Source: Schmidtea polychroa
Lineage: Eukaryota
Direction: 5' to 3'
Assembly: GCA_044892525.1 (NCBI GenBank)
Contig: CM097885.1
Coordinates: forward strand, 42,100,001 to 42,164,000
Length of the DNA stretch: 64,000 bases
Position 1 is the first letter of the stretch; each line of letters opens with the position of its first letter. The translations under genes were made by a program, and so were the position numbers. Shown piece after piece: positions 1 to 13,494 of this stretch. The notes below the pieces were generated by a model, which had not been told where the DNA came from, did no database searches, and saw only the letters and a program-made list of their open reading frames with translations.

Positions 1-324
1 CATCCGGGTAAGCATCGTAGGGACGATATGCTTCTCATCCCCTTATGGTCCTGTCTCTCTATGCCAAAAATAAAAAAAAAACAGGAAAAAAAAAATGGTA
101 ATCGTACTGATCTTATAGATCAGCTCACACTTGATGCGATCCCAGCCAGTCCTGTATTTAATTCACGGCTTTCGCCAATTTAATTTGTGTGTTGCTTGTC
201 TATTTATTTAACGGCTTTTGTGTATTTCATATGTCTATGTTCAACGTATGTTTTATACCTTTCGGTTGCTATTATGGAATTAGTTTTACTAACATTCTAC
301 TAACTCACACTCGGCTGCAATTCA

Positions 325-733
325 TTTCATCATCTTCAATTTTTCTACATCTCCCTCAGGGAGGTACACTACTACTCTTTCTCTCATGTTTGCGTCACAT
401 ACATTACAATCGCTTCAGTTTCAATGCACAATCTTGGCAATAACATAGATGTCCGCAAGGTACCATCATTATTTTTATCTCATTGCTTCTACACACACAA
501 CATTTGAATTCATTATCGATCGCCTCTCTTATCGCATCTTCAACCGTTTAAATTTTTATCTTTAATTCTTGCCATTTGATGTTAAATTTGGCCTTATCTA
601 AACGTAAATTCTGAATCTGATATACTCTTTGAGTAGTTAATTCCACATTTGGTGTAGCAATTCTCATCATTATACACAATTCATCATCTACTGGTCTTGG
701 TTTTAAGATCAGCCCTTCTTGAGTGTTTGCCAA
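325..733 (-). pseudogene. Decayed ORF with IAP-type C3HC4 RING finger, first ORF downstream of the PBS of the giant-LTR retroelement
   Basis: ORF 733-548 continues in frame past one TAA into EFKCCVCRSNEIKIMMVPCGHLCYCQDCALKL, then after a 1-nt frameshift near 413 reads DCNVCDANMRERVVVYLP. This is the C-x2-C..PCGH..C-x2-C..C-x2-C pattern with an IAP-like hydrophobic tail. Confidence 0.75.
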
Positions 734-1595
734 CTGCTCTGCTTTTCAATTCAATCTTTGTAGTGAGTTGTTAGTTAAATTTACGAATTTTCAAGTTTCT
801 TTATAATGTAGCCGGTTAATTCCATCAAGTTATACTTTATTAATTCAGCATTTTATTAAGTGTTCTTATTCCCCTTTAATTAGCTTACCTCTACACATTT
901 ATTTCCTTATTCAAATTATGTAAGTTCAATAGCTGTTTTACCCTGTTAGTTTAGGCTCCCCATCCATTAAATGATGTTCCGCGCATTCTTATCCGTTCCA
1001 TCTAGTTTATTATCTTAGTCTACATAACCCTTTTGATCCCAGCTTGTCCATAATTTTAGTCATTTTATCAAATACTCAATATACCCCTTTAATCTTTAAC
1101 GTAGTTTTACATCTTCCCCCTATTTTTAATTAATTGCATCATCTATCTATTTCTATTTCGCAATTCACTGTTTTATGCTTTATCCCCTTTTTCTTTATAC
1201 CGTTATTTTCTATTCCCCCCCTTTTCCCTATTTTTGAATTTTTTATTATTTTCTTATATCCAAAGTATTAGTTGTTTATATTTACAATTTTTATTATTTT
1301 TGATTTTTATTTCATTTCTTACCCATCAACATTCTGTCCCATCAACACGGAACGCTCATACATTATTCTCATACCCAGTTTTATCGATTTTCTATATTTA
1401 CATAATTTAAAACATTTTATTCATCATGTACAACATTCAACATTCATTTTGATCATACACGCATATTCACACATCATGTCTAGTTATTTGAGAAAACAAT
1501 CTTTCTTACTCTTGCATAAAGCATTTCATTTCCTGATCAAAAAACTGCTATGCATTCCCGTCTACTTACAGGTTCTTTACCAAGAAAGTTTAAAT

Positions 1596-1613
1596 ATCCC
1601 GGCTGAGCCCCCA
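1596..1613 (-). promoter_or_regulatory. Primer-binding site, tRNA-Pro-like
   Basis: Minus strand TGGGGGCTCAGCCGGGAT lies 8 nt after the LTR end ...AACCCACCA. The canonical tRNA-Pro PBS is TGGGGGCTCGTCCGGGAT. Confidence 0.85.
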
Positions 1614-3364
1614 AATTTGCATGGTGGGTTACTGATGATCAAATATTTTGTTCTTTAGTGCTGTTTCCAGCGTAACCCAGAATACAACATTGTTTACCGC
1701 TTGATACCCGTTGAACGATCAACGTTGGTACTGTATCAAGAGGGTGAGTACTCGCAAAAAGTGAGCGCACTACTTGCACTGTAATTGTCGAGCACTCTAA
1801 TGGGTTCACGGACTATCGTTAGAAGATGTATGTCCGATTTACGCAGGTCCCTTATTATAATCACTTCCTCAACTATGCCTATACAAACTTTCTATCCTCA
1901 AACGATCATAAGTCATCAGGAATCATACATTACTCTATTAAAGCCTGTTCATACAACACCACATCTAAAATGTTTGAATATAAATTAAGTGAAACATAAC
2001 CATAGTTTATTAAACAAACCTCAAGAAATTTTTGAGACTAATGAATTTAATTAGAAAATAAAAAAAAAACTTAATAAACTGAAACAATAGAAATGATAAA
2101 GCTAACATGCATTCCCCACGATAACCTGATCAAAAGAGAATTTCAATTTAGTTAAGTTAACTTACAACCTATTTTAACATAATCCAAATATCACTTGTAA
2201 ATTATGGGTAATATTAATATATGAAGTTTAGATTCATTACAATCATAAAAGTTCTTATGAAGAGTAAATAATTCTAATCTACTTAAATTTTCAATTTATA
2301 ATATTCCTCAAATGACCAAACTAACTCCGTAATATACTTGAATTCATTATGTTAAAATACTAGAACAAGTTGGTAACTAATAATTTAAATAAAGTAATGG
2401 AATTTTGATTTCATTATTACTTTTTGTTTTGTTAAAGTTATTTAACATTATTTAAATTTTCGTTGTTTTATTATAGTAATTATAATTAATGTTAAATAAC
2501 AAATTTTGAATAAATATATGATTTTAGTTAATTTTGATATAATAATGTAAATAAATTAAAATTTTAAGCATTTATATCCTAAAATTTCATAATATTTCAG
2601 GAATATCAGCAGTCGGCCGAATCTCCGAACAATTACTATTGATCAATAATGTATTATGACATCTCGAATGAGCAAAGATCGTTTGACAACACCAATGAGA
2701 AAATTGTAATTAACTTCCTTAATTTAATTAATTAACTTCATTAATTTCCTTAGCAATCGAGTTGATAATAATTCAGTGAGGTACGAAGGTTTGATTGCCC
2801 CAAGGTCAGTTCCACCAACTAATCTTCCTGGCGGAATTATCTGACAATGACTACTCAAAAAGAGATGCAAGGAATATAGTTGGCCATCCAACAATATTAC
2901 GTCAAATCAATATGTAAGTCATTGAACCAAAAGGAACGAAGCAGAAAATAAGGAATTACCCAGAAGTCTTCCAACTCCAGGAAATGTATTTCATTGGGAT
3001 GGTCCATCAACCGTGCTCGAAGGACCTTGGTATAACTATGATTCAAAGAAACAATTATATGAATAAAGTTGATGATCGAAATCAATAAACTTAGTCTTTG
3101 TTTTTCTTTTTCCTTTTTTTGATCTAGTTAAAAATAAATTTAGTCTCTTTTGATTTAGTTAAAAATAAATCCAATAATTCTAATAAATCAATAAATGATT
3201 CTACTAAATTACTTCAGTAAACTACTCTAACCTCGCTCCATCACCTTAAGGGGGTTGTGACCATCACATAACAGGGGTCTTGAGGGGGAAGGTTATCGTA
3301 TTTTTATAAGGTTGCTTTATAAATCTGTATGTACATACACACACACCTATATATATATATATAT

Positions 3365-3407
<43 letters not shown>

Positions 3408-3879
3408 CACACATACCTATATATGGATATAATTTAAATTAATAATATTGATGTCGTTTTCAGGGGGGAGGGGTGTTACTAAAAATAGATTTTCGTGATT
3501 TTCCGTAATTTTATTGGAAGATAGGGCCATCGAGACTAAATTTAGAGATAGGGGAATCCCAAAATCAATAATCGATTTTATAATTTTATTTTTTGAAATA
3601 AAGATAATTATTTTAATGATATAATAATAATAGTAATGATAATAGTAATAATAATGATAAGAGTGGTAATGTTAATGGTAATAATACTAATAATAATCAT
3701 AATAGTAATAATAATAATAATAATATTAATAACGATAATAATAATAATGTTAATAATAATAATAAATGTAAGTTTATATTTTTACAAGATTCCCACATAT
3801 AGGGGGTATCATTTACGAAAAATTATGGAATTATTTTTTTTGGTTTGGTTTGAAATATAATTTAACTCTATACGAAGAT

Positions 3880-4440
3880 GATATAATTCGGTATACCTAA
3901 GGAATAGTTAATGGCTACATGATTTGAAGGGGGGTCATTTATGAAAATTTTCAATTTATATTTTAAAATATAATATAAGTTAAATATATATTAAGATAAG
4001 TTAATTTAGTATGCTTAGGTGATGGGTAATGACTGTATGATTTTGAGGGGGGTCATTCATAAAAAAATATACAATTTATATTTTTAAATATAATATAAGT
4101 TACATATATATTAAGATAAGTTAATTTAGTATGCTTAGGTGATGGGTAATGACTGTATGATTTTGAGGGGGGTCATTCATAAAAATTTATACAATTTATA
4201 TTTTTAAATATAATATAAGTTAAATATATATTAAGATAAGTTAATTTAGTATATTTAGGTGGTAGTTGATGACTATATGGTTTGTGGGGGGGTCTTTGAT
4301 GAAAATTTTTCAACTATAATTTTAAAGGTAATCTAAGTTAAGAATATATATTAAATAGTCTAAATTAGTGTATCAGGTAGTGGTTAATGGTTATATGAAT
4401 TAAGGGGGGGGGGGGTCATTTATCAAAATTTTCCAAATTT
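3880..4440. repeat. ~120-bp tandem repeat inside the giant LTR
   Basis: Unit containing GGGGGGTCATT..AAAA..TACAATTTATA..AAGATAAGTTAATTTAGT recurs near 3930, 4048, 4168, 4288 and 4410. Confidence 0.85.
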
Positions 4441-4779
4441 ATATCGTAAAGATAATGTATTAATGTATTTAGACAATGATTAATGGTTAGGTGATCTGAG
4501 GAATTATTAAGTTTGATAACTGCACATATATAAGTTAATTTATTGTTATATATATTGTTCTCGACTAATGTATAGTTTGAGGGGGGTACTCACGAAAAAG
4601 CTAAGTTATACTTTTATAAGTTTCAAATGTACATATATAAGTTAGATTATGAATCTGGACATTTGTTTCGACCATTACGTAACTTGGGGGGGGGGTATTT
4701 ATAAAATATTTACAACTTTTTATGGATTATATTTTTATCGCTAACGTAGTTTATATTTTATACTTTTATGACCAAATTA

Positions 4780-5350
4780 AGATTATAATTTATAGTCTTT
4801 CAGCTAATATAAGTTTATAATTTATAATTTTATAAAATTAAATTTATAGTTTATGTTTTTAAAGCTAATATAATTTTATAATTTATACTTTTGAGTTTAT
4901 AATTTATATTTTATGAAGTTAAGTTAAATTTATAGTTTATATTTTAAAGCTTATATAATTTTATAATTTATATTTTTATGAAGTTAAATTTATAGTTTAT
5001 ATTTTAAAGCTAATACAATTTTATAATTTATATTTTTATGAAGTTAAATTTATAGTTTATATTTTAGAGCCCATATAATTTTATAATTTATACTTTTAAG
5101 TTTATAATTTATTTTTGGTGAAGTTCAATTTATAGTTTATATTTCCAAAGCTAATATAATTTTATAATTTATATTTTTATGAAGTTAAGATTATAATTGA
5201 TACTTTTATAATTAACTTAGAGTTATAATTTATAATTTTTATCGTCAATACAAATTTGTAATTTATAATTTCAAGAAATTAAATTTATAATTTATACCTT
5301 TATAACTAATCATAATTTATATTTTGAAGAAATTAAATCTATAAGTATAA
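4780..5350. repeat. AT-rich ~60-bp degenerate tandem repeat inside the giant LTR
   Basis: AAGTTAAATTTATAGTTTATATTTTAAAGC..TAATTTTATAATTTATA repeats line after line. Confidence 0.75.
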
Positions 5351-6999
5351 TTCACATTTTTATGAAATTGAGAGGATAATTTATACTGTTATGGGTTTAC
5401 GATTTGAATTTTTATAGTTAGTTTAGAGTCTATTCAATTTAAAATCCAAGTCTTGCTGATGCGCATGTCGAACACCTTTATGAATACTATCACTACTAAA
5501 TCAATCATTTTTAAACAATCTTTACTTTACACTATTACTAGAAAATTTATTTAAGACATTTATAAATCTAGATTCGACAAACGTATAGGTAGAGTTGGTT
5601 CTTGATGATATTTAACCGTCTACATTAATTGTGAATTGTAGAGTTGTGATTAATTTAGGTCTGAGATCTACTCTGTTTATTAACCTTAGTGTATTGTATT
5701 GTGATGATTTTGGATGTAGATTTTAACTATGTAAGTTATTCATGTATTGAAAGTCGGGAAGAGTGTTTGCTTTCGCGGCCCCACTGTGACCACTACGACA
5801 AACCTTACTGTTGTGTGGTAAGTCAACCCTTTACGGCTGACCTATAATAAATAGGTAGAGTCAGACGGAGGATTTCATCGACTTAACTCCATGGCAGAAC
5901 CATGAAGTGGTGCGACCTCCGAATGACCTGAACAAACAAAAAAAAACCCAATAATATTGATAAGTGCGTGCCAGGCAGTGGCCTGCAATCATTGTAGGCT
6001 GTTTACTCATCGATGATAAAGTGCATAGGTGCAGGGTTGGCTGGGATCTCGCTTCAAAATCAATGATAACCGACGATCTCACTCAAACCTACATTTCTAT
6101 AGTTAAAAAGAAATAATGAAAACAAGGTTTCAATAATAATAATTTATAATTCACAATGAAATCGTCCTTACCTACAATCTCAGAAAAATCAAAACCAAAA
6201 ATTTGGCATAAGAGTAAAAATATTCATTTGCATTTTTTCCTTTCTTTAAAAGTGACGAAATGTGTTAGTTTATATAGCCTCTGTTTGACGTGTAAGTATA
6301 CATGCGTGCATTGATGCAGTAAAACAAATTCAGATTATTTTAATTCTCGAACATTCGATTTTTAATTTTTATCGATTTTGATGGCGATTTTTCAGTAAGA
6401 ATTTTTGTTTTTATTTTTGAAATTTTATTTTCGAATTATTTTTTATTAAATTTGCCTCCATGATAGATTTCAGCATTTCCAGAACAGTAAATGCTAAATT
6501 TAATCTATTTCTTATTTTTAAATTGTTTTTTATGATTTCTTTTCTAAAATATTTATTTTTTAAACTAAAATATTTATTTTTTATAAATTTTATTGGGTCG
6601 TTTGGCCGTCATGATGGATTTCGCCATTTTTATGAATTGTTCTGGATTTTTATTCAAAATATCGATATAATTTTCTTTACGTAAGATTTTATGAAGATTT
6701 TCTTTAATTTTCTTTTTTAATTTTTACTAATCGCCTTTATTCGAATTTGTTTTTTGTTGTTTTATGTCTTTCGGTTATATTTGAGTAAGTTTTCGTGTAA
6801 TACTTCTTGCTCGTGTTTTATTTTATTTTTAATTCAGATGTTTTATTTTTGGGTATATTATCTCTCTATTATCATTGTTTACTTGGTGTTTTATATATTT
6901 TTATTTAAGTAAACTTAATGCTGGGTATGCGTGTTGTGTACTGACACATTTCGTCCCATTCCCAACTTTGGGTCTAGAAATCAGTTCTAGCCCAACAAA

Positions 7000-7203
7000 A
7001 GGGTCGTTGTGAAGCCAATACCGGCAAAGTGTACTACTCAATGCCCCATTGGAATAGTAACCGGAATTAATTCTGCCACAAAAATTGAAGTAGCGGGAAC
7101 ATCGCGACACATTGCGGACATCCGACCAACTGTGGAAGAAGGTGTTGGAGATGATAAATCCGAATACCATTCTGAGACAGATCAAGCAAGTGAGGAGATT
7201 TAA
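7000..7203 (+). pseudogene. C-terminal fragment of a Gypsy pol/integrase, target of the giant LTR insertion
   Basis: VVKPIPAKCTTQCPIGIVTGINSATKIEVAGTSRHIADIRP resembles the SH3-like integrase C-terminus (VKP..RC..G.VT...S...VEV.G..RH..D.R). It abuts the LTR start at 6997. Confidence 0.5.
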
Positions 7204-7738
7204 GCAACCGTGCGTAAGGGCTGGCAGAGACGACCGCGAAGGAAGCCGCTTTATCTTAATCAGTATGACTTGGATACATCATACTAATCTCGGGAGAACG
7301 ACGAAACTGTTGTGCAATAGTTCTTATCGGTATTATATTACGTTGCGGTAATTTAGATAGCTATATTGATATCTGTTTTTAATTAAATAAACAGTGTGAT
7401 TTTTATCTCATATCTTTTGGTGAACATTCAACATTTTATAAAGTTTTAGAGTCTATAAATATAAACAAAACTATATTAATAAATATTAAACAAAAATTTG
7501 AAAGCTTAAAAAATATGTTTAACAAATTCAAAAATAACGGATTTTATAAAGTTTAAAGTCTATTAATATAAACAAAACTATATTAATATATATTAAACAA
7601 ACATTTTTTAAAGCTTAAAAAATAAATATAAAAAAATTCTTTTGCGGAACCCACTTTGAAAACCACTGTACTAGACAATCATAGGCACACCTACAAGTTG
7701 GGTTGGAATTTATATGTAAGTGCTTTTTGTGTCCATAC

Positions 7739-8440
7739 TGGTAGGTTACAGGTCATCAAACATTTTACCCTGTCGTGCTGTTTCCAGCGTAACACAGAAT
7801 ACATTTGTAGTTCGACCATTTGATACCCGATGAGTGATCAACGTTGGTACTATACTGTTGGGCTAGAACTGACTTCTAGACCCAAAACTCTACTTTGTGA
7901 CTGAGGTGTTGGTACATAGCACACAAATAGCAATAAGTTTAGTTAAATATAAAAATACATCAAATAAACAATATTAACTAAGAGGAAAACAGTCAAAATA
8001 TAAACACAGAAATTAAATAAAATGATACAAATCCAAGAAGTATTGCAAGAAAACTAACTTAAATATAACAAAGAAACATAAAAATTACAAAAAACAGACT
8101 CGAATAGCTTCGAACGATAGTAAAACATTAAAATTCTAGATGAAATTCCAGACTTTAAATTAATATGGAATGTTCTGGAATCGCTCCAAATCCATCATGG
8201 AAGTAAATTTAGCAAAGAATAATTAGAAAATAAAAATTCAAAAATAAAAATAAAGATTATGGCATTAAAATTGCCATTAAAATCATCAAAAATAGAAAAT
8301 AGAAAATTCTTGAATAAAAAGAATTCGAGTTTGTTTTAATGCATCAATACATACACGTGTACTTGCACACACAAAAATAGGTATATATACCAACACATTT
8401 CAGTCACAAAAACACTCTTTATGCCAAATTTAATTTTTTT
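7739..8440. mobile_element. Nested giant-LTR fragments: a minus-strand U5 end (7739-7855) interrupted by a plus-strand LTR start (7856-~8440, truncated)
   Basis: 7739 TGGTAGGTTACAGGTCATCAAAC..GTGCTGTTTCCAGCGTAAC resembles 1622 onward. 7856 TGTTGGGCTAGAACTGACTTCTAGACCCAAA is identical to the start at 8980. Confidence 0.75.
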
Positions 8441-10789
8441 GTAAAACTTATCTTAGAATCTTCGGAATAACAGTAAGCTTAATTGATTTGTATTTGTTAT
8501 ATGTGTTATGCTCAACAATAATTTTTTTTGGTTTCCAATTGCTAATTTTCATTGAATGTGAGAGTGGTTAGAGCGTATAGATTTATCTGCGCCTCTGATC
8601 AGTCCTACATTCAATCATGCGTTAAAATATTAAAACTGCAAGCACGTAAGCACGCATTATCTAACTTACATCTGTTTAAATCTAAGACACATCAGAAGAA
8701 TTTCATTGTAATTAATATCACAAGCTTTATTTGTACAAAACCATTTATCGTGTCCTATAACTTGAGATTGAGCCATGATTGAATTGGAAACATTGGATAA
8801 TTGTTCAACACTTCAGCTAATTGGAGTTGTGTTGATCCTTTTAAGAGCTCGATTGAATAGAATATCATATCCATAAGTTAGCAAGTTTATCTTTTTATCG
8901 CTTTGGGGAAATTTCGTAAACATATCTTGGAGTTCCTCTTCTGTCATTTCATGATTTACAGAAACTAAATCGTTGATTTTGTTGGGCTAGAACTGACTTC
9001 TAGACCCAAACTTGAATTGTGACTGGAAGGTGTAGGTACACAACATGCAAAAACAAAAAGTGTAGTTAAATATTAAAATTACATCAAAAAAACAATATTA
9101 ATTAAAGGAGAAAACAACAAAAGCATAAACACCGAAATTAAATAAAATCATACCAAAAGCAAGAAGTTATGCAAAATCTAACTCAAAAATGATCAAATAA
9201 ACATAGAGTTACAAGAAACAAACTCGAATAACTTAAAAGCTGGTAAGAACAGTAAAAAATTCCAGAAAAACCCAGAACATTCCATAAAAATGGCGATGAC
9301 CATCATAAAAGCTATCTTAAACAATAAAATTTAGACAAAATCAATAAATTAGTAATAAAAATGAAAATTCGTAAAAAGAAATCCATAAAACACCATTTAA
9401 AATAAAAATTAAATTAAAAGTGAAATAGAATGTTCTGGAACCGTTCCAAATCCATCATGGACGTAAAATTAATGAAAAATAATTAAAGAATAAAAATATA
9501 AAAATAAAAACAAAAATTATGGCACAAAAATTGCCATTAAAAATGTCGAAATTACAAAATAGAAAGTTCTGGAATAAAAAGAATTCGAGTTTGTTTTAAT
9601 GCATCAATACATACACGTGTACAAAATAGGTATATATACTGACGCGTTTCAGTCACAATCAATCACTATTTTTATGCCAATTTTTGCAGAAAGTATTGCC
9701 AACGAAAATAGTAAGAATTGTTGATTTTTTTTTCGCATTAATGAAGTACTTTTTAAATTGGTTATCATTTTATTTGTTGATTTTTATTATATTAATGAAT
9801 TATTTTTCTAATTTATGATTATTTTATGTGTTGATTACATTAATGAATTACCATTTCAATTTATGAGTATTTTATTTGTTGAGTTTATTACATTGGTGAA
9901 TCACTTTTCAATTTATTATCAATTATGTAGGGGAATCGAAGTAATTGCATTTTTTGATGTCTCTTGCTTTTGATTTTCTCCAGTGATGTACGAAGGCTCG
10001 ACGGCGTACTGGTATTCCTGCGTCGTCGTTCGGTCCTGCATCTAATTTTTATAGCACATGCATTATCAATATTATAGCAATCTAATATTATATCATCCTA
10101 TTTTTGTTCGGGTCTTTCGGGAGTCGAACTACTTCATGGTCCTGCCATGGAGTTAGGTCGAGGAAACCCTCCGTCTGACTCTTAGTATTTATGTAAGGTC
10201 GACCGTAAATGGTTGACTCAACACACAACACTAAGGTTTGTGGAAGTGGTCACAGTGGGGCCATGGAAGCAATATTCTTCCCGACTTTTAGTTAATACAC
10301 ATGTAAAATCCACATTCAAAATCACGAACAAAAACTCTACATTAAGGTTCTAAATTGAGTAGAACTCGTACCTAAAATGACACAATCCTGCACTCACACT
10401 CATGTAGCTGGTTGACCCTTAATAGTAATTGCAAGTATACTTAGACAGATGCCGAACTAGAATTTGAAATAAGAATTTACAGTAAAGTAATAAAATGAGA
10501 AGGATCGTCGGCATGTGTATAAGTATAGTTTAATTTAGATAGGCTAATTAAAGTAAATGTAGATACCATAAATGTAATTCTCCAGAAACAAATTACAAAT
10601 TGATCAGGAATCCTACTCTAATACATTTGGGTAAATGATAAATGAACAACACGGATAAATCTTAACTATCAAAATAGACCATAAGCAAGTGTATATAGAT
10701 CAGAAAATATAAATCTAGTTATGTATGTATATGTTAACTCTAAATAGGTAACCTAGTAAGGATAATAGATAGATTTTTAACCACAAAGA

Positions 10790-11200
10790 TATAAATGTTA
10801 CATATAATTTATAATTATAAATCCCAAATGGTTATGGGAAAATTTTGCTTTATAATAATGAAGGGGAATCTCTTTAATAATCTCTTTAATCTTAGAAATA
10901 TAAATGATAAAAATGTTATATATAAATTATAATTAGAAATTCCCAAGGGTTATGGTTAACTTTTACCTTATAAGAATGGAAGAATCTCTTTAATAATCGC
11001 TTCAGTATTAGAAACATAGATGATAAAATGTTATATATGAGTTATAATTATAAATTCCCAATAGTTATGATTAAATTTTACTCTATAAAAATGAAAGAAT
11101 CTCTTTAATAATCTCTTCAACCTTCAAAGCACAAATGATAAAATTATAAATGTTATCTATAAATTATAATTACAAATCCCCAATGGTTATGGTTAAAAGT
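10790..11200. repeat. ~118-bp tandem repeat within the solo LTR
   Basis: TTATAATTATAAATCCC..GGTTATG..GAATCTCTTTAATAATC occurs 3-4 times. Confidence 0.75.
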
Positions 11201-11482
11201 TATTTGATATAAATTATAAATATAATCTATAAATAGGTATAAATACGAATTATAGATAGTTATATTTAATACTTGGCTATAAATATACAAAGTACAAATA
11301 GCGATAATAACCTGCAACGAAGCATACGACGTTAGAATTAGGGCTATAAAAATCTTGCTAGAGTCATGAATTACAAATTGAAATAATTATATTCATTATT
11401 ATAACCATCATCATTAGTGTTATTATTACCATTATTATTATTTGTTATTATTATTACTATTATTACTACTATTGTTATCATG

Positions 11483-11517
<35 letters not shown>

Positions 11518-12452
11518 GTTACAATTATTATTGTTATCTCTATCAGCAATTATTGCTCACCAAAATCAATATTCCAATCGAAATATCGATTTAAGATTTG
11601 CCCCAAGACAAATTTAGTATCAACCCTTTAGATCCAATAAGAAGGAGCGAAATCCTTAAAAGTTATTTTTAGTAACCCCCCTCTAGAAAATGTTAACACT
11701 ATCTAAGTAAATTGGAGATAGGGGCGGAAGTATATTATCAAAACCTATGAGATACCTATCTAAATCATTAATGAATCGTAATCATATCATTTGTTTACTA
11801 GAGAATCAAACCACTATTACTAAAATACCAAAGATTTCTTTATTATGAATAATAAATTATAAATACAAAACTACTACGAATTCCAAAAGAGAATCCCTAA
11901 CGAGGAGTCGTACGACGATCTCCCAAAGCTAAACTCGTCTATCTCCAGCCAAGAAAAATCATCACCCAGCATTCCTAGAAATAAACAAATTACCCGAGCT
12001 GCGTAAAAGTCGATTGTACCACTCATGACGAGCACGATCAAGGAGAGGTAAGTAAACGAGAACTAAGCTCGCCTCTAATACCTATCACCCGATGTGCCCG
12101 AATTCAGTAGTAATGTACTAATTCCCGGGAATTCGACAAAATTTAACATAAAGATTTTTAAATTACCATCTCGTGGTAAATAAATGATAAATAGTGAAAT
12201 AGTAAGTTTAAACAAATATGACAGTGAGGGAATTTTTTTTGTCGAGGTATGGACCTTTTAACATTAATGCTTAATCTAGATCAATGTTTTTTTTTTATTT
12301 TTAATTGATTAAGAAATTTATCGATAAATTAAATAAAAAATTTCATGTTAAAAGTAGTTACATTACTTATAGTAACTTTGGTAGTTAAAGTAATATTTAT
12401 TTTGGGTATATTTTCCACATTGGTTATGATCGTTAATATTTGTACTACAGAT

Positions 12453-12818
12453 ATGTCGCAATCAGATGAGTCCAGCGATGAAGAAAACCACCGACAGACG
12501 ATCACCCGCCTCCGGACCCGTTACATCTGGAACCATATACATCGGTGGGGTCAGGGAAGGGACCTAGATTGTACGGAACGAGTAATCCGGACAGGCCCCG
12601 AAGTAGATGCCCCGGCGTGGGTGAAGGTGGAACCGGAGAATAACCGGCTGCAGGAGGCCCGAGACCAAGCGGCCTGGGAGGTGGAAGCCGCTCAGATGCG
12701 ACTCAGGAAGATCGAGTTACAAATCCGGGCGAAAAGAGAAGGAGTGCCCGTGGAGGAGCTAGAGGAGGCCATAGCATCCCCACGAAAGAGAGGGAGGCCC
12801 CGCAAATGCCGAGGGTGA
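12453..12818 (+). CDS. LTR-encoded protein with C-terminal AT-hook (RKRGRPRK) and coiled coil
   Basis: GC-rich open island in AT-rich LTR. The ATG follows an acceptor-like TACTACAG, and the ORF ends SPRKRGRPRKCRG*. Confidence 0.6.
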   Translation: MSQSDESSDEENHRQTITRLRTRYIWNHIHRWGQGRDLDCTERVIRTGPEVDAPAWVKVEPENNRLQEARDQAAWEVEAAQMRLRKIELQIRAKREGVPVEELEEAIASPRKRGRPRKCRG

Positions 12819-12996
12819 TCAAGGACCAACTATTGACTTACTATATTTGTGTGTATTGTGCAAATAATCAAAATTGGTTGAGGATCATATGTTACTCTTT
12901 TTAACAAAATATCTTTTGAATAAATTTCTTATTTAATAGCTAAAGTATCGTTATGCATGATATTGACCTTATTATATTGAACAAGGGGAATGCTGC

Positions 12997-13494
12997 ATGC
13001 CAGTAATCGTTGTAATTTATCTAGTGATCAAACTATGCGAAAATCTACGAAAGGACAGAGAAGAAGCCCAAAAACAGGCCGAGGAGCTCCGTATACGAGT
13101 GGACAAACTCAAGGGACGGTGCCGTGAACTAGAAAGCACCTGGTTTAGTCCTCAGGATATGAGGAAGAAGTTGACACAGGTCCTCCAATTGCAGACTCAA
13201 AACGCGCAGGATCAGATGGAGATCCGGGCCTTGAAACTCCAACTCCGCGCGTTGGAAACCGAACGCAATGAACAAGCGGTTCACGGAGCCACCATAAGTC
13301 AAATCCGGCCGTTGTCCGTGGAGTTGGCAGCCATTTACCCTCCGGCCGCGAAAGATAAGCCCAAGAGGAAGCGGCTGGGGAGAAACATTCGTGAGAAATT
13401 AAAGAAGGCCAGACTGGCCGAATACGAAAAGCAAGTGGGCTCCTCGCAAATATCTACGACGGGACTAATCGGCCCCACCAACCGGCCAAGTTGA
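12997..13494 (+). CDS. LTR-encoded coiled-coil protein with basic NLS-like tail
   Basis: 165-codon GC-rich ORF with heptad-like LRKDREEAQKQAEELRIRVDKLK and a KPKRKRLGR stretch. The true 5' end may be spliced. Confidence 0.5.
   Translation: MPVIVVIYLVIKLCENLRKDREEAQKQAEELRIRVDKLKGRCRELESTWFSPQDMRKKLTQVLQLQTQNAQDQMEIRALKLQLRALETERNEQAVHGATISQIRPLSVELAAIYPPAAKDKPKRKRLGRNIREKLKKARLAEYEKQVGSSQISTTGLIGPTNRPS

Larger units (their letters stand above)
1622..6997 (-). mobile_element. Giant (~5.4 kb) 5' LTR of a Gypsy-type retroelement (Burro-like); internal region runs off the window start
   Basis: Minus strand begins TGTTGGGCTAGAACTGATTTCTAGACCCAAA at 6997 and ends ...CATCAGTAACCCACCA at 1622, followed by the PBS. 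Both ends match those of 8980-13906. Confidence 0.85.

Noticed and set aside
1272..1658. 128-aa ORF spanning the PBS
   Set aside because: It is antisense to the retroelement leader, low complexity, and crosses the LTR boundary.
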